From: Macrostomum lignano
Lineage: Eukaryota
DNA: 64,000 nt
Direction of reading: 5' to 3'
Assembly: GCA_002269645.1 (NCBI GenBank)
Contig: NIVC01002502.1
Coordinates: 1 to 64,000, forward strand
Both the position numbers and the translations under genes were made by a program. The notes under the pieces were generated by a model. It made no database searches. It was not told the DNA's origin and saw only the letters and a list, made by a program, of their open reading frames with translations. Below are positions 35,071-48,997 of this stretch, one piece after another (the stretch's first letter is position 1; the number at the start of each line of letters is the position of its first letter).

Positions 35071-35809
35071 TATCCGCCTCTCAGTATTCCTGCCTGTCTG
35101 TTTGCACTTTTGTCGAGTATCAAAAAACGTATTTGCTCTCAATTTTGCCACCCCAGTATCACGAGTCCAGTCCTTAAATTTATTCGACTCCCAAGTTCTG
35201 CGTCAAACAGTTGTACTTTTACTGGTCAGTCCTACGGCTCCGTTTTCAGTGTTCCAGCTTTGACCCTTTCATCTAAATAATTCCAAATCGGTGTTCTATG
35301 ATTCCTACTTGACCTTTAATTTATTAAAATTGAGGTATTTTTACTCTCGGTTTGGCTAAAATCGCGTTTGCGCAAACAGTGGTAACCATAGCAACCGCAG
35401 CTTCCTCTGTCTAAATGTTTAGTTAAAGACAGAAACTGAACTTGTGTTTGGATTAAACTCTGGGCAGATGATCTGCAGAGCCTGGAGTCCATGCTCACCC
35501 GTTAATTAACTTTGTCCTCCCGTCAACAAGTTTTGAAGCAATCGATTTTGCAGCTGCTTCTTTTAAAGTGCAAAAATTTGCTGACTTGTCGGATTGGGAG
35601 TTAAATGTAGGATTTTAATTTCCGCTTTCCACCTCGTTCCCATAGGTAATACTGAGAAAGGCTCTGCCCAGTGACAGCAGGGAATCGGGTTGGGGCTTGA
35701 GATAGAGTACATTTTGTACTATAAAACATTGGCTTGTGGTACGAGCTAGCGTGAGTCCTGTAGGTTATGTAGTTAAACCGATTTGAATTGGAGAACTATG
35801 GAAGTTATG

Positions 35810-36902
35810 ACCGATTTCAATTGGGAAATTATGACCGATTTGATTGGGGAATTATGACCGATTTGACTCGGAATTATGACCGTTTTGATAGGGGAATTAT
35901 GACCGATTTGATTGGGGAATTATGACCGATTTGACTCGGAATTATGACCGATTTGACTGGGGAGTTTTGACCGATTCGATTGGGGAATTATGACCGATTT
36001 GACTGGGGAATTATGACCGATTTGATAGGGGAATTATGACCGATTTGATTGGGGAATTATGACCGATTTCAATTGAGGAATTATGACCGATTTCAATTGG
36101 GGAGTTATGACCGATTTGATTGAGGAATTATGACCGATTTCAATTGGGGAATTATGACCGATTTCAATTAGGGAGTTATGACCGATTTGATTGAGGAATT
36201 ATGACCGATTTCAATTAGGGAGTTATGACCGATTTGATTGAGGAATTATGACCGATTTCAATTGGGGAACTATAACGGATTTGACTCGGAATTATGACCG
36301 ATTTGATAGGGGAATTATGACCGATTTGATTGGGGAATTATGACCGATTTGATTGGGGAATTATGACCGATTTGATTGGGGAATTATGACCGATTTCAAT
36401 TGGAGACTTATGACCGATTTCAATTGGGGAATTATGACCGATTTGATAGGGGAATTATGACCGATTTGATAGGGGAATTGTGACCGATTTGATAGGGGAA
36501 TTATGACCGATTTCAATTGGGGAATTATGACCGATTTGATAGGGGAATTATGACCGATTTGATAGGGGAATTATGACCTATTTGATTGGGGAATAATGAC
36601 CGATTTGACTCGGAATTATGACCGATTTGATTGGGGAATTATGACCGATTTGATAGGGGAATTATGACCGATTTGATAGGGGAATTATGACCGATTTGAT
36701 AGGGGAATTATGACCGATTTCAATTGGGGAATTATGACCGATTTGATAGGGGAATTATGACCGATTTGATAGGGGAATTATGACCTATTTGATTGGGGAA
36801 TAATGACCGATTTGACTCGGAATTATGACCGATTTGATTGGGGAATTATGACCGATTTTATTGGGGAGTTATGACCGATTTGATTGAGGAATTATGACCG
36901 AT
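35810..36902. repeat. 23-bp minisatellite (GGGGAATTATGACCGATTTGATT)n
   Basis: Read directly. Confidence 0.93.
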
Positions 36903-37374
36903 TGAAACTGAAGATCAATGAGTCCGTGAAATTCACCATAAACGCGCCATTGGCTGCAATGGAAAAATACCGGAAGTCCCTAAGCTCGCATGCTATTAAA
37001 CTAAAAGTACAGCAGCACGGAAGCCAAAATCGGAGAGAGTCCCCAAGGCTACCCCCTCCTTGCTAATATTGACAAGGGTCAGCCTCCGCAACAAAATGCT
37101 ATCATTAGCTTAATCCTAAAGATGCAGTGCACGAATCCATATAGGGCTGCAAATGGTCAGCTTATGAATAATTAATGCACCCTTCTCTCTGTCTCCCAAT
37201 TTCTCTTTTGCAATACGCAGTGAGTGCCAAGGTCGCGTGTTGCTTATATAATATTCTTGGACGACCGTGAGCCCTCAAGAGACTGCGTGGCAGCTCAGAC
37301 ACAGGCTCTCTGCATGCCAAATGATGAAGAATTGTGTTTGTTGGCGAGCTGACGAACATTCGCATGTGGGAGGT

Positions 37375-40300
37375 CCTGGGAAAGGCACTGGGAGAGGCAC
37401 TGGAGAGGCACTGGGAGAGACACTGGGAGAGACACTGGGAGAGGCACCGCGAGAAGCTCTGGGAGGGGCACTGGGAGAGCCACTGGGAGAGGCACTGGGA
37501 GAGGCACTGGGAGAGGCACTGGAAGAGGCACTGGGAGAGGTACTGTGAAAGGCACTGGGAGAGGCACTGGGAGAGGTACTGTGAAAGGCACTGGGAGAGG
37601 CACTGGGAGAGACACTGGGAGAGACACTGGGAGAGACACTGGGAGAGGCACCGCGAGAAGCTCTGGGAGGGGCACTGGGAGAGCCACTGGGAGAGGCACT
37701 GGGAGAGGCACTGGGAGAGGCACTGGAAGAGGCACTGGGAGAGGTACTGTGAAAGGCACTGGGAGAGGCACTGGGAGAGGCACTGGGAGAGACACTGGGA
37801 GAGACACTGGGAGAGGCACCGCGAGAAGCTCTGGGAGGGGCACTGGGAGAGGCACTGGGAGAGGCACTGGGAGAGGCACTGGGAGAGGCACTGGAAGAGG
37901 CACTGGGAGAGGTACTGTGAAAGGCACTGGGAGAGGCACTGGGAGAGGCACTGGAAGAGGCACTGGGAGAGACACTGGGAGAGACACTGGGAGAGGCACC
38001 GCGAGAAGCTCTGGGAGGGGCACTGGGAGAGCCACTGGGAGAGGCACTGGGAGAGGCACTGGGAGAGGCACTGGAAGAGGCACTGGGAGAGGTACTGTGA
38101 AAGGCACTGGGAGAGGCACTGGGAGAGGCACTGGGAGAGGCACTGGGAGAGACACTGGGAGAGACACTGGGAGAGGCACCGCGAGAAGCTCTGGGAGGGG
38201 CACTGGGAGAGCCACTGGGAGAGGCACTGGGAGAGGCACTGGGAGAGGCACTGGAAGAGGCACTGGGAGAGGTACTGTGAAAGGCACTGGGAGAGGCACT
38301 GGGAGAGGCACTGGGAGAGGCACTGGGAGAGACACTGGGAGAGACACTGGGAGAGGCACCGCGAGAAGCTCTGGGAGGGGCACTGGGAGAGCCACTGGGA
38401 GAGGCACTGGGAGAGACACTGGGAGAGACACTGGGAGAGGCACCGCGAGAAGCTCTGGGAGGGGCACTGGGAGAGCCACTGGGAGAGGCACTGGGAGAGG
38501 CACTGGGAGAGGCACTATGAGAAGCTCTGGGAGGGGCACTGGGAGAGCCACTATGAGAGGCACTGGGAGAGGCACCGGGAGAGGCACTGGGAGAGGCACT
38601 GGGAGAGGCACTATGAGAGGCAATGGGAGAGGCAATGGGAGAGGCAATGGGAGAGGCAATGGGAGAGGCACTGGGAGAGGCACTGGGAGAGGCACTGGGA
38701 GAGGCACTGGGAGAGGCACTGGGAGAGGCACTGGGAGAGGCACTGGGAGAGGCACTGGGAGAGGCACTGGGAGAGGCACCGGGAGAGGCACTGGGAGAGG
38801 CACTGGCATGGGAAGGCACTATGAGAGGCACTGGGAGAGGCATTGGGAGAGGCACTGGGAAAGGCACTGGGAGAGGCACTGGGAGAGGCAATGGGAGAGG
38901 CACTGGGAGAGGCACTGGCATGGGAAGGCACTATGAGAGGCACTATGAGAGGCACTATGAGCGGCAATGGGAAAGGCACTGGGAGAGGCACTGGGAGAGG
39001 CACTGGGAGAGGCACTGGGAGAGGCACTGGAAGAGGCACTGGGAGAGGCACTGGGAGAGGCACTGGAAGAGGCACTATGAGAGGCACTGGGAGAGGCACT
39101 GGGAGAGGCACTGGGAGAGGCACTGGGAGAGGCACTAGGAGAGGCACTGGCATGGGAAGGCACTATGAGAGGCACTGGGAGAGGCACTGAAGAGGCACCG
39201 GGAGAGGCGCTGAAGAGGCACCGGGAGAGGCACTGGGAGAGGCACTGGGAGAGGCACTGGGAGAGGCACTGGGAGAGGCACTGGCATGGGAAGGCACTAT
39301 GAGAGGCACTGGGAGAGGCACTGAAGAGGCACCGGGAGAGGCGCTGAAGAGGCACCGGGAGAGGCGCTGAAGAGGCACCGGGAGAGGCACCGGGAGAGGC
39401 ACTGGGAGAGGCACTGGGAGAGGCACCGGGAGAGGCACTGGGAAGGCACTGGGAGAGGCACTGGGAGAGGCACTGGGAGGCAATGGGAGAGGCACTGGGA
39501 GAGGCACTGGGAGAGGCACCGGGAGAGGCACTGGGAGAGGCACCGGGAGAGGCACTGGGAAGGCACTGGGAGAGGCACTGGGAGAGGCACTGGGAGAGGC
39601 ACTGGCATGGGAAGGCACTATGAGAGGCACTGGGAGAGGCATTGGGAGAGGCACTGGGAGAGGCACTGGGAGAGGCACTGGGAGAGGCAATGGGAGAGGC
39701 AATGGGAGAGGCACTGGCATGGGAAGGCACTATGAGAGGCACTATGAGAGGCACTATGAGCGGCAATGGGAAAGGCACTGGGAGAGGCACTGGGAGAGGC
39801 ACTGGGAGAGGCACTGGGAGAGGCACTGGAAGAGGCACTGGGAGAGGCACTGGGAAAGGCACTGGGAGAGGCACTGGGAGAGGCACTGGGAGAGGCACTG
39901 GGAGAGGCACTGGGAGAGGCACTGGGAGAGGCACTGGGAGAGGCACTGGCATGGGAAGGCACTCTGAGAGGCACTGGGAGAGGCACTGAAGAGGCACCGG
40001 GAGAGGCACTGAAGAGGCACCGGGAGAGGCGCTGAAGAGGCACCGGGAGGGCACTGGGAGAGGCACTGGGAGAGGCACTGGAAGAGGCACTGGGAGAGGC
40101 ACTGAAAGGCACTGGGAGAGGCACTGGGAAAGGCACTAGGAGAGGCACTGGCATGGGAAGGCACTATGAGAGGCACTGGGAGAGGCGCTGAAGAGGCACC
40201 GGGAGAGGCACTGGGAGAGGCACTGGGAGAGGCACTGGAAGAGGCACTGGGAGAGGCACTGGGAGAGGCACTGGAAGAGGCACTGGGAGAGGCACTGGGA

Positions 40301-40470
40301 GAGGCACTGGGAGAGGCACTGGGAAAGGCACTGGGAGAGGCACTGGGAGAGGCACTGGAAGAGGCACTGGGAGAGGCACTGGGAGAGGCACTGGAAGAGG
40401 CACTGGGAGAGGCACTGGAAGAGGCACTGGGAGAGGCACTGGGAAAGGCACTGGGAGGGGCACTGGGAGT
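37375..40470. repeat. 12-bp minisatellite (GGCACTGGGAGA)n, about 3.1 kb, with local 180-bp higher-order units
   Basis: Read directly; source of the many HWER/PVPL/GTGR ORFs. Confidence 0.95.
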
Positions 40471-41004
40471 GAATTACTGACTTGGCTCTTCAAATTCCGC
40501 CCGTCTGTGCAGAGCGTGTGAGCAAAGTAGTGCAGTGTGAGCAAACTTATAAAGGCTTCAAATATGCCATATTTTAGTTACTGGTTTTACTTATAAGCTA
40601 GACGGGGAAGATGGGAGACTGTGGGAATTGTGAGCGGTTAGCCTGAGCTCATATATATATATATATAAATTACAATGCTAGAGTAGAGTATTACCCTTCT
40701 CCCTTCTTATAAAAGTATTCCGATAGTATAATAAGATATGTATTATATCAGACAATTGTAAATCATGCTCAAATAAGTGGGTGTTTTTATGGCCTATAGA
40801 TTTCGCAGCATTCAATTTAGTAATAAAAAATTTGTATACGCGCAAATAAAACAAAGTAGACGCTGATTGTAAAAATAATGAACTCAATAAATCCAGATCA
40901 TAGAATAATAAGAGTATTGAAAGTGCTGCAGATATCACCAACCCACAACACTTTTTATGTAGTTTTTGTTGATGAAGTTCCTGTAGGTTGTCTCAGAATG
41001 TTAT

Positions 41005-41740
41005 GCAGTCTCTCAGTGTGCCTGTCACAGAGTGTGATTCAGCCTCTCAGTGTGCCTGTCACAGAGTGTGATTCAGCCTCTCAGTGTGCCTGTCACAGAG
41101 TGTGATTCAGTCTCTCAGTGTGCCTGTCACAGAGTGTGATTCAGCCTCTCAGTGTGCCTGTCACAGAGTGTGATTCAGCCTCTCAGTGTGCCTGTCACAG
41201 AGTGTGATTCAGCCTCTCAGTGTGCCTGTCACAGAGTGTGATTCAGCCTCTCAGTGTGCCTGTCACAGAGTGTGATGCAGTCTCTCAGTGTGCCTGTCAC
41301 AGAGTGTGATTCAGTCTCTCAGTGTGCCTGTCACAGAGTGTGATTCAGCCTCTCAGTGTGCCTGTCACAGAGTGTGATTCAGCCTCTCAGTGTGCCTGTC
41401 ACAGAGTGCCATGTAGTCTCTCAGTGTGCCTGTCACAGAGTGTGATTCAGCCTCTCAGTGTGCCTGTCACAGAGTGTGATTCAGCCTCTCAGTGTGCCTG
41501 TCACAGAGTGTGATTCAGCCTCTCAGTGTGCCTGTCACAGAGTGTGATTCAGCCTCTCAGTGTGCCTGTCACAGAGTGTGATGCAGTCTCTCAGTGTGCC
41601 TGTCACAGAGTGTGATTCAGTCTCTCAGTGTGCCTGTCACAGAGTGTGATTCAGCCTCTCAGTGTGCCTGTCACAGAGTGTGATTCAGCCTCTCAGTGTG
41701 CCTGTCACAGAGTGCCATGTAGTCTCTCAGTACCTGTCAC
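41005..41740. repeat. 34-bp minisatellite (AGCCTCTCAGTGTGCCTGTCACAGAGTGTGATTC)n
   Basis: Read directly. Confidence 0.93.
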
Positions 41741-41795
41741 AAAGTGCGATGTGTATTTTATAAAATTTATAAAAAAGAAGTTCTCAACTTTGCAG

Positions 41796-41956
41796 TTTGG
41801 CAGCCGCACATCAGCCGGTATAGGAGGCGACCTGCCAGAGCGCATTGTGAGCACCCGGCCAACAATCACGTGATTGTGGAGCAGGTGCTTCAGGAACACG
41901 GTATTCACATTGTTGCAAGTCCAGCTGGCAAACTCACAGGTTCGAATGATAGTTGA
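41796..41956 (+). CDS. FAM102A: Probable terminal exon of the FAM102 gene (middle exons between 28.1 and 41.7 kb not resolved)
   Basis: Acceptor TTTGCAG|TT. RYRRRPARAHCEHP...VIVEQVLQ...IHIVASPAG aligns by eye with the recalled FAM102A C-terminal RSFRRKKDSVESHP...AIVEKIVQ...LRLFVSRDG. Stop at 41954-41956. Confidence 0.6.
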
Positions 41957-43551
41957 TTTCTTTAAAGACTACTACTACTATTTTTAGTAATTTTTAACAC
42001 TCGACTACATTTCTTAATTCATGGTAAATATTTGAAGGCCGATTTTTGACTACAAAATGCATTAGTAAGATCAGTACCTGGTTGAAATGACCTTCCGTAA
42101 CTTCTCAAAGTCATTTTTAATAATTTAGGACGAGTTTTAAACCGTTGTATATGACCCAAACTATCTAAATTTTATTGGCCTGTAACTATGGATGGCGGTT
42201 TCATAACTTGTGAAACGATAGCTTTTCTCAAAGAAATCGATCGGCCTTCAAATCAATTTACATACTTATGAAGCGTTACATGTTGCTACGCATGTCTATT
42301 TTTTACTATGTAACTACGAGCTAACTGTGTCAGTTAATGTCGTTTTGGATTGCCTCCAATCTCATATTTTAGGCTCCCTGAGCCACTGAGAGTTAATCCA
42401 GAGATTAAACCTCCAGATAATAGCTAGTCAAGCAGGTACAAATAAAATGGTTAGTATTAATTTAATATTTTCTCAAGTAATCAACGTTACATTCAGTAGA
42501 ATTTCGTAAGAAAATTTATGAATAAAAATTAATCTACAACTAAATATATTTTTCGCAAATTTTGTTAATTTTTGTACTGCCAAAACTGTGTAAGCTTTGC
42601 AGATTTTCATACCGTATTACTGTAAGTAGAGTATACGTGTTGTTAATCTTGTGTATAAATTAATTTTGATCAAATATATGCAGCGCCATTTCTTTAGATA
42701 AGAGCGCCTGTACATTGCATTCCAAGAAAAGATTTGCTTTTGAAGTACAATCAAAATCTTCTCTCAGCTCTGTTTGGTTCAATTTACAAAAATGCAGAAC
42801 AATTAAAAAGGGAACTTGACATTTTTGCACACACCGTACATTAAATCATGGAATCGATGTTTAACAGAGTGATATATTTGAGCCTGAAATTTCTAAAGTA
42901 GCTTAATCCTTCTTTAAAATTTATTATTCTCAATTTTACCTGCAAATCCGGCCGCGGTTTTGTGAAACTGCAGATATATTGTGTGTTTTTGTTTCATTGA
43001 CATGTACTGAAATGTAAATTATATCACATTCACGTCTAACAAAAATAAATATGTACAGTATTTAAACAAAAAAACAGACGATGTAGTCAGTGGAAGAGCA
43101 TGACAGCAGCCATAGCATCTGTACACATCTTCCATATGTACGTGTACGTTAAATTAAATAAAGTATCGAGATCGTCAACACGGGGGTGCGACCAGCACCT
43201 GCAGATGTCGTGAATGGGCGCCATAATTTTTATCAGCCTATATATTGGGAGTTGCAGCTCCCCTTACCCTGGCTGCTTCTGTCTCGCGGTGGACTTTACA
43301 CATGTGCACGTGTAACACTCAAGGAGCACTCACTGTAGCATAACAGGACGTAACTCGAATATCGTGTAAAGTTTTAAGACGGTTTACTGGAAAAATATAC
43401 TCTGAAGATAGGAAAAAATGTTAATCACAAAACCAATGATTGCAATTGAGGATCGAGGATTGAGGATATGACCATTTCTTTAATTTAACATATTTCACGA
43501 CATGTTAATGTGTTGTATATTATATAGTTTTGTAGTGACGAGCTTTCGCGC

Positions 43552-44005
43552 TGTCAGCAGTTCGTCTACCTCGGCGGTCTGGGGCCAGCAGATGTTCGTG
43601 AGGACTTGCGACGTCGTCGCCGCGTAGAATTTCCTGGCCTGCCTTCCGTTCCGGACGGCTTGCAGTCCGAGGTCCTGCCTGACCGCCAGAGAGCGGCGTT
43701 GTTCCAGGCGGTGATCGAGACCGTCCTGTTGTATAACGACGAGACCTTGGAACGCTGACGGATGCGTTCGAACAGCAAGGTCGATGCGGCGTACGCTGGC
43801 CTGCTGCGCGCCGCCTATAGATCGGCTACGAGCATATCACCAATGCGGCACTCCATCGCCGCACCGGCCTGTTGCGCCGTCGGCGACTCCAGCTAGCAAC
43901 TAGTAGTAGGTCACATCATCCCGAGACGCTTGACTTGGCTGACAAATAGACTTTGTTGTTGTTGTTGTTATTGTTGTTGTTGTTGTTTCATGTTGTTGTT
44001 GTTGT
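43552..44005 (+). mobile_element. Degenerate 3' fragment of an RTE-like LINE with (TTG)n tail
   Basis: CAGCAGTTCGTCTACCTCGGCGGTCTG and following sequence is a diverged, deleted homologue of 45284-45650. (TTG)n tail at ~43953-44004. Confidence 0.8.
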
Positions 44006-44380
44006 GTAGACTGAAAGTTTCATTTTTAAGTTTTGCTGCATGCTTCTTGAGGAACAAAACAAAAATTTCACTTGTGATCGTATCCTCAACTTGGCTTGGG
44101 CGATGAAAAAATATAAAAATGAAACTTCTCACACTGCACAACTATATCAACATGTGCACGCTAAAATGGTAATTAATATTCACTGCCTCAGATCAAATTC
44201 AATCATAGATTTTGGGATGAAAAAATTGATTTTTCCTGTCGTCTCCACAGTGTTTTTTCCCGGATTATCAACCTCGTAAAAATTTACACGATCTTTGAGT
44301 TTTACGTACGTCGATCCTGCAGTTACTACAGATTGGTCCTTCTTGGTACATGTAAAATGTGTAGATGTGCAACATATATT

Positions 44381-45889
44381 GCTACCCACCGAGGCGCTCG
44401 TCACTACCCACCGAGGCGCTGCGGATCCACTGCGTGGCCACTGAGGTCGCCAGAGTGATGAACCGCGTGCTTTCCGGTGAGGTGGCGCCAAACGAATGGA
44501 CCACGGCGCACATCGTCGCCATTCCAAAGAAGCCGGGCACCACCAAGCTCGAGGAGCATCGAGGCATCTGCCTACAGTCCTGCGCCGCGAAGCTGTTCAA
44601 CCACATGCTGCTATCGCGGTTACAGCCTGTGCTGGACCCCTACCTGCGGCCTGAGCAGAACGGATTCCGGCCCCATCGCGGCACAGTGACGCAGATCCTG
44701 GCTCTTCGGCGAGTCATCGAGGAGGCGCACATCCGCCAGTTGACCCTAATCCTGATCTTCGTCGATTTCAGGAAGGCCTTTGACTCGGTCGTGAGGGACG
44801 CGCTCCCAGAGGTGCTCCGTGCGTACAACGTGCCAGAGCTGCTGATTTCTGCTGTCATGGCGCTGTACCACGGCACGACGGCTGCTGTCTCAACACCGGA
44901 CGGCCTATCGGATTTCTTCGAGACATCCTCCGGGGTGCTCTGGGGAGATACGCTAGCGCCGTTCCTATTTATTCTGGTGCTTGACTGGGTGCTACGGACT
45001 GCTCTGCCTTCCAACGACGACGGCTTCCTGCTGCGGCGACGCGTGGGTCGACGCCAACCGGAGAGACGGCTCAGCGTGCTTGGCTACGCCGATGACCTTG
45101 CCCTGCTGTCCTCGACCGTCAAGGGCGCCCAACGACAGCTGGATAGGCTGGTTGCCGTTGCGGCGAGCGTCGGCCTGGTGGTCAACACGCAGAAAACCGT
45201 CGTGCTATGCGTGCCGGACGACACCGAGGCTGCAATCTTCTGCCGAGGCGCTAACGGACAGGCGAGTGAGCTTCCAAGATGCCAGCAGTTCGTCTACCTT
45301 GGCGGTCTGGTTCCCGACGTCCGCGAGGATCTGCGGCGTCGCCGAGGACTTGCCTGGGCTGCCTTTCGTTCTATAAGGTCAGTCCTGCAGTCCGAGGCCC
45401 TACCGGACCGCCGCTGTTCCAGGGCGGCGCTGTTCCAGGCGGTGATCGAGACCGTCCTGTTATACAACGCCGAGACCTGGACGCTGACAGACTCGCTCGA
45501 GGCTCAAGTCGACGCGGCGCACGCTGGCCTGCTGCGCGCCGCCTTCAAGATCGGCAACGAGCGAGTCACCAACACGGCGCTCTATCATCGCGCCGGCCTG
45601 GCCCGTCCTAGCGATCTGCTGCGCCGTCGGCGACTCCAGCTGGCAGGCCACGTCATCCGCGCTGAGGCCTACTGTCCGGAGCCGGTGCAGGAGGTGCTCC
45701 TACTTACGTTGCAGGCACCCTACCGGCGGGGACAGGCGAGGACTCGGCGCTACGTCGACTGTCTGCTGGCTGACGCCGGCGCCCCGGACTCTGCCGGCGG
45801 TGCGGCCTTTGTTCGCGCCCAAGCTTCGAAGCGCGCCATCTGACGCTGCTTTTGCGAACTGACAGCGTACTCTGTTGTTGTTGTTGTTA
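44381..45889 (+). mobile_element. 5'-truncated RTE-like non-LTR retrotransposon (RT domain only) with (GTT)n tail
   Basis: ORF 44365-45843 has IPKK, EQNGFRP, FVDFRKAFDSV, LAPFLF, YADD and YLG RT motifs. No endonuclease. The usual QGD reads WGD. GTTGTTGTTGTTGTT follows the stop. Confidence 0.88.
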
Positions 45890-46562
45890 TATATGTGAAT
45901 GCCTGTATGGTACAGAATTGAAGCACCCCGTAAAGAAATCCGACGTCAGGCGACGCATTCAGCGTAATATATATTAATGTTAATTTTGCTGAATGGCCAA
46001 TTAAAAGCAAGTATTTTTTCATTTTCCGACAATTAAAAACGTTATACGTCGGCTTTACATCGATGCAATAAGAGGCAACAGCTGGTCGAAAAAAATTGAA
46101 GTCACTACCTAACTCGTTCACGGTTGCCATAATCCTTAGGGACGCAGGACCGTTCAAAAATTAGACTTTATGCATGCATCTGTGCTTCACTGCCGGAAAA
46201 CGCATGCATGTACCTGTGCTTGTAAGAGCATATTGGTGATATATTCTGATATTATAAAAAGGTCTCCTTTTTGCAATCTGAATTTTGAATTTTTAAAGAC
46301 CTTTATTGTTCTTATTTTTAGCTTTGCTCTAATATTATTTTGATCAAGCAAAGAACGTTAAAGTAATCGTAAATAACGACTTTAAAAAATATCAACGTCT
46401 TCTAACCAATGCAGGTGTTTTTATTCAAAACTTGTAATTGTTAGAATTTACTCTACCGTTTCTGTTTCTGCACAATGCTGTTACAGATGTATTATACAAA
46501 TCTTAAGTGATACTTTTACTTTTAGGTATGTTTTATCAGTTTTTTATTATTATCAAGTAAAA

Positions 46563-46733
46563 ATGACTCGATCAAGCTCTCGAAACAATAAATCTAGAAG
46601 TCCAACTAAAAATGCCAAGGACAATACAGTACCAACTCGAGCAAAGAATCAGGACAACACAAAAGCGAGTAAAAAGTCCACTAAGAAAGAGGATCCGTCC
46701 GAGAATTTAATTATTGCAAACCATGTTAAACCT
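46563..46733 (+). CDS. Probable first coding exon of the CXXC1-like gene (basic, low-complexity)
   Basis: ATG, 57 codons, strong donor CCT|GTAAGC; phase 0 matches the acceptor at 49582. Confidence 0.55.
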
Positions 46734-48637
46734 GTAAGCACTTTTTATTTTGTCTCCTGTCATTTTGTATATTTCTGTGTAGCAAATATAATTGCTATGC
46801 GATTTTCTGACTCCCACTTCGCTCAAACTTAATTTTTCTATTTTTAATCATAGGGCCTATCTATGCCATAGTCCGGATCATGCTGGGTGCACGCCCAAAC
46901 AAAAATTCAATAACTACAAATGCATGCCAAAAAAATTGAGTGCACGCCCATTCTCAAAACTATGTCAGTGTTGCAACAATTAATGACTTTGACATTGTGA
47001 CAATAAAAGACTTTTTTTAAGTTGCATAATAAACCCTTTTTGGCAAATATTTAGATTTTTTATGCTTATTTGGAGATAGTATTTACAGTGGAAATTCAAT
47101 ACATGCAAATATTTGTTTAGCTATTTTGTTATCATCTTTTTTCTACTTCACAATAGCTCTTTTGCATGATTTTATTAAGTCCATATGCTAGGTGTGCACG
47201 CATACTATTTTCTTAGGAGTGATGCACACCAATGGTGCACAACTACTTTTGGCATGCAAGGCCAATACATGTCCAATTTTTTTGTGTATATTACATGATC
47301 CAAAGTGTGGTATCCATGTTCTATGGCGATGAGTCTATGACATTGTGGCTTTTTAAAACTATCAATTGTGATACTAAAACATAATTATTTTGAAAAGCAT
47401 AACCTCTAAATTTAAAATTATTAGGTTTAGAAGGCTAAACCTTAAACCTAAGATGACTATCAAAAATGTAAAAATAACCTAGATTTAAATAAATGGTATA
47501 GAAGTAATATTTTTCTAAATAAATTGCATTGAATTAATACTTGAAGAACTTAGAATTAAATAAACTACAATAATTTTTAGCAATATAAACTTCAATAAAA
47601 CCTAAAAATTTAAGATGCTAATAACCTTATTATAGATATATGCAAATTTGGTAATAAACAAATTTGGCAATAGAAATTTGATATACTCAACAAATTAAAC
47701 ATTTTAACAATTTTAATACAACAAATTTGTTGAAAGTAAATTCGGCAACAATCTAGCAAATTCAGCAACAAGGCTTTTAAGTCAGATTTATTGATTATAA
47801 CCAAGGCTTTAAATATAAGCTTTCTATTAGACCAACCCCTATTCCCTTTGTTAATAGTGTAACACATGACTTAAACTTAAGTATAAGGTGGGCATGAGTG
47901 TATTTCTGTTGCAAAAAATGTAAATCAGAATAGAAGTACTATCAATTGATACATTTAGATTTCTATGGCAAAGAGATGCCTTAAGACTCTAGCTACTAAA
48001 CTCTTACATGACATTTGATAGAAAAATGTTTGATTAAAATAGACATCATGCATCGTTAAGAATGAAACAAACATATCTAAGAAACTAAAGCATATTTAAA
48101 AAGTACTGGATAAATAATACATAAAACAAACTTGATTGAAAAGGAAATTTAATATATATATGCATTGTCATATAAGTGCCATTGTACCAAAAGAATTAAT
48201 AAGCTATAGATTAGATTGAATTATTCTATTTCCTAATTTGACAAGATTTTTGCTAAATTTGCTTAAGTCCATTTGCATATAGAAGCTAGGTCGTAGGAAG
48301 GGAAATTTTATTTTAGTGTACAGTGGTATATAAGCATATATTCCTGATACTGGAATGTAAAGTCGATATAATTTTTTAATTTTTAACCAGTCTTTGATAA
48401 TATATATGCTTAAAACTTTTGCAAAATCTTTTTTTACTTTTTAGGTTAGCTTTATTGCCTCCACAGCCACTAAAATCAAATAAAATAGAAAAAATACTTA
48501 AAATAACTTTAAAAATCCTACTAAATTATTAGTCTTAATAAGATTAGTTTTTGTTACCCCTAGTCAAGTACCAACCTTTAATATGCTTAATTATAATTAC
48601 AAATCTATTTTTATAGCCTTTCTTATGTATTCTAGAG

Positions 48638-48997
48638 CAGTGTTCCCACTTTGGCACAAATTTGTACCATGCCTGAAAATGAGGCAATATGGCGTGAATG
48701 CATAATTAATAAAGTTCAATGCAAATCTAAAAATGTGGAAAATTTGTGCCTAAATTGTAACCCTTTTCCGCATTTTTGGATGCTTTTTTAGAAACTAATA
48801 TGTTTTATAATTGCAATTTTGATTTAGAGAAATTAATAGTCTGATGCCCATGCTGTTGTTGCCATTTAATGTCTCAATGGGCATCATACTGCATTATAGC
48901 CTTAGAGGTAAAGAGTGATAGTGGTGCAAAAAATATCCATGGCGCAAAAATGAATGGCTTGGCACAAAAAAATGAAGGTTGCTGAGTGGGAACACTG
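48638..48997. mobile_element. hAT MITE, 360 bp
   Basis: 13-bp TIRs CAGTGTTCCCACT. Flanks TTCTAGAG/TTCTAGAA (7/8), the NTCTAGAN-type target of Charlie/Buster hATs. Confidence 0.8.

Noticed and set aside
28380-37370. GC-rich islands at ~28.4, 29.1-29.7, 32.3, 33.1, 33.7, 35.1 and 37.2 kb as specific exons
   Set aside because: Some may be FAM102 middle exons, but I could not fix strand, frame and splice sites consistently, so none is called.
29734-40544. Very long ORFs (741, 548, 504, 496, 463, 460 aa and others)
   Set aside because: They are translations of 4-, 12- and 15-bp repeats, open in several frames and on both strands, inside FAM102 introns.
41700-41960. Open minus-strand frame (…NTVFLKHLLHNHVIVGRVL…) ending at a GT next to the 34-bp array, as a second splice-donor amplification
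   Set aside because: The plus strand here resembles the FAM102 C-terminus and has a good acceptor, so the minus frame is probably its shadow.
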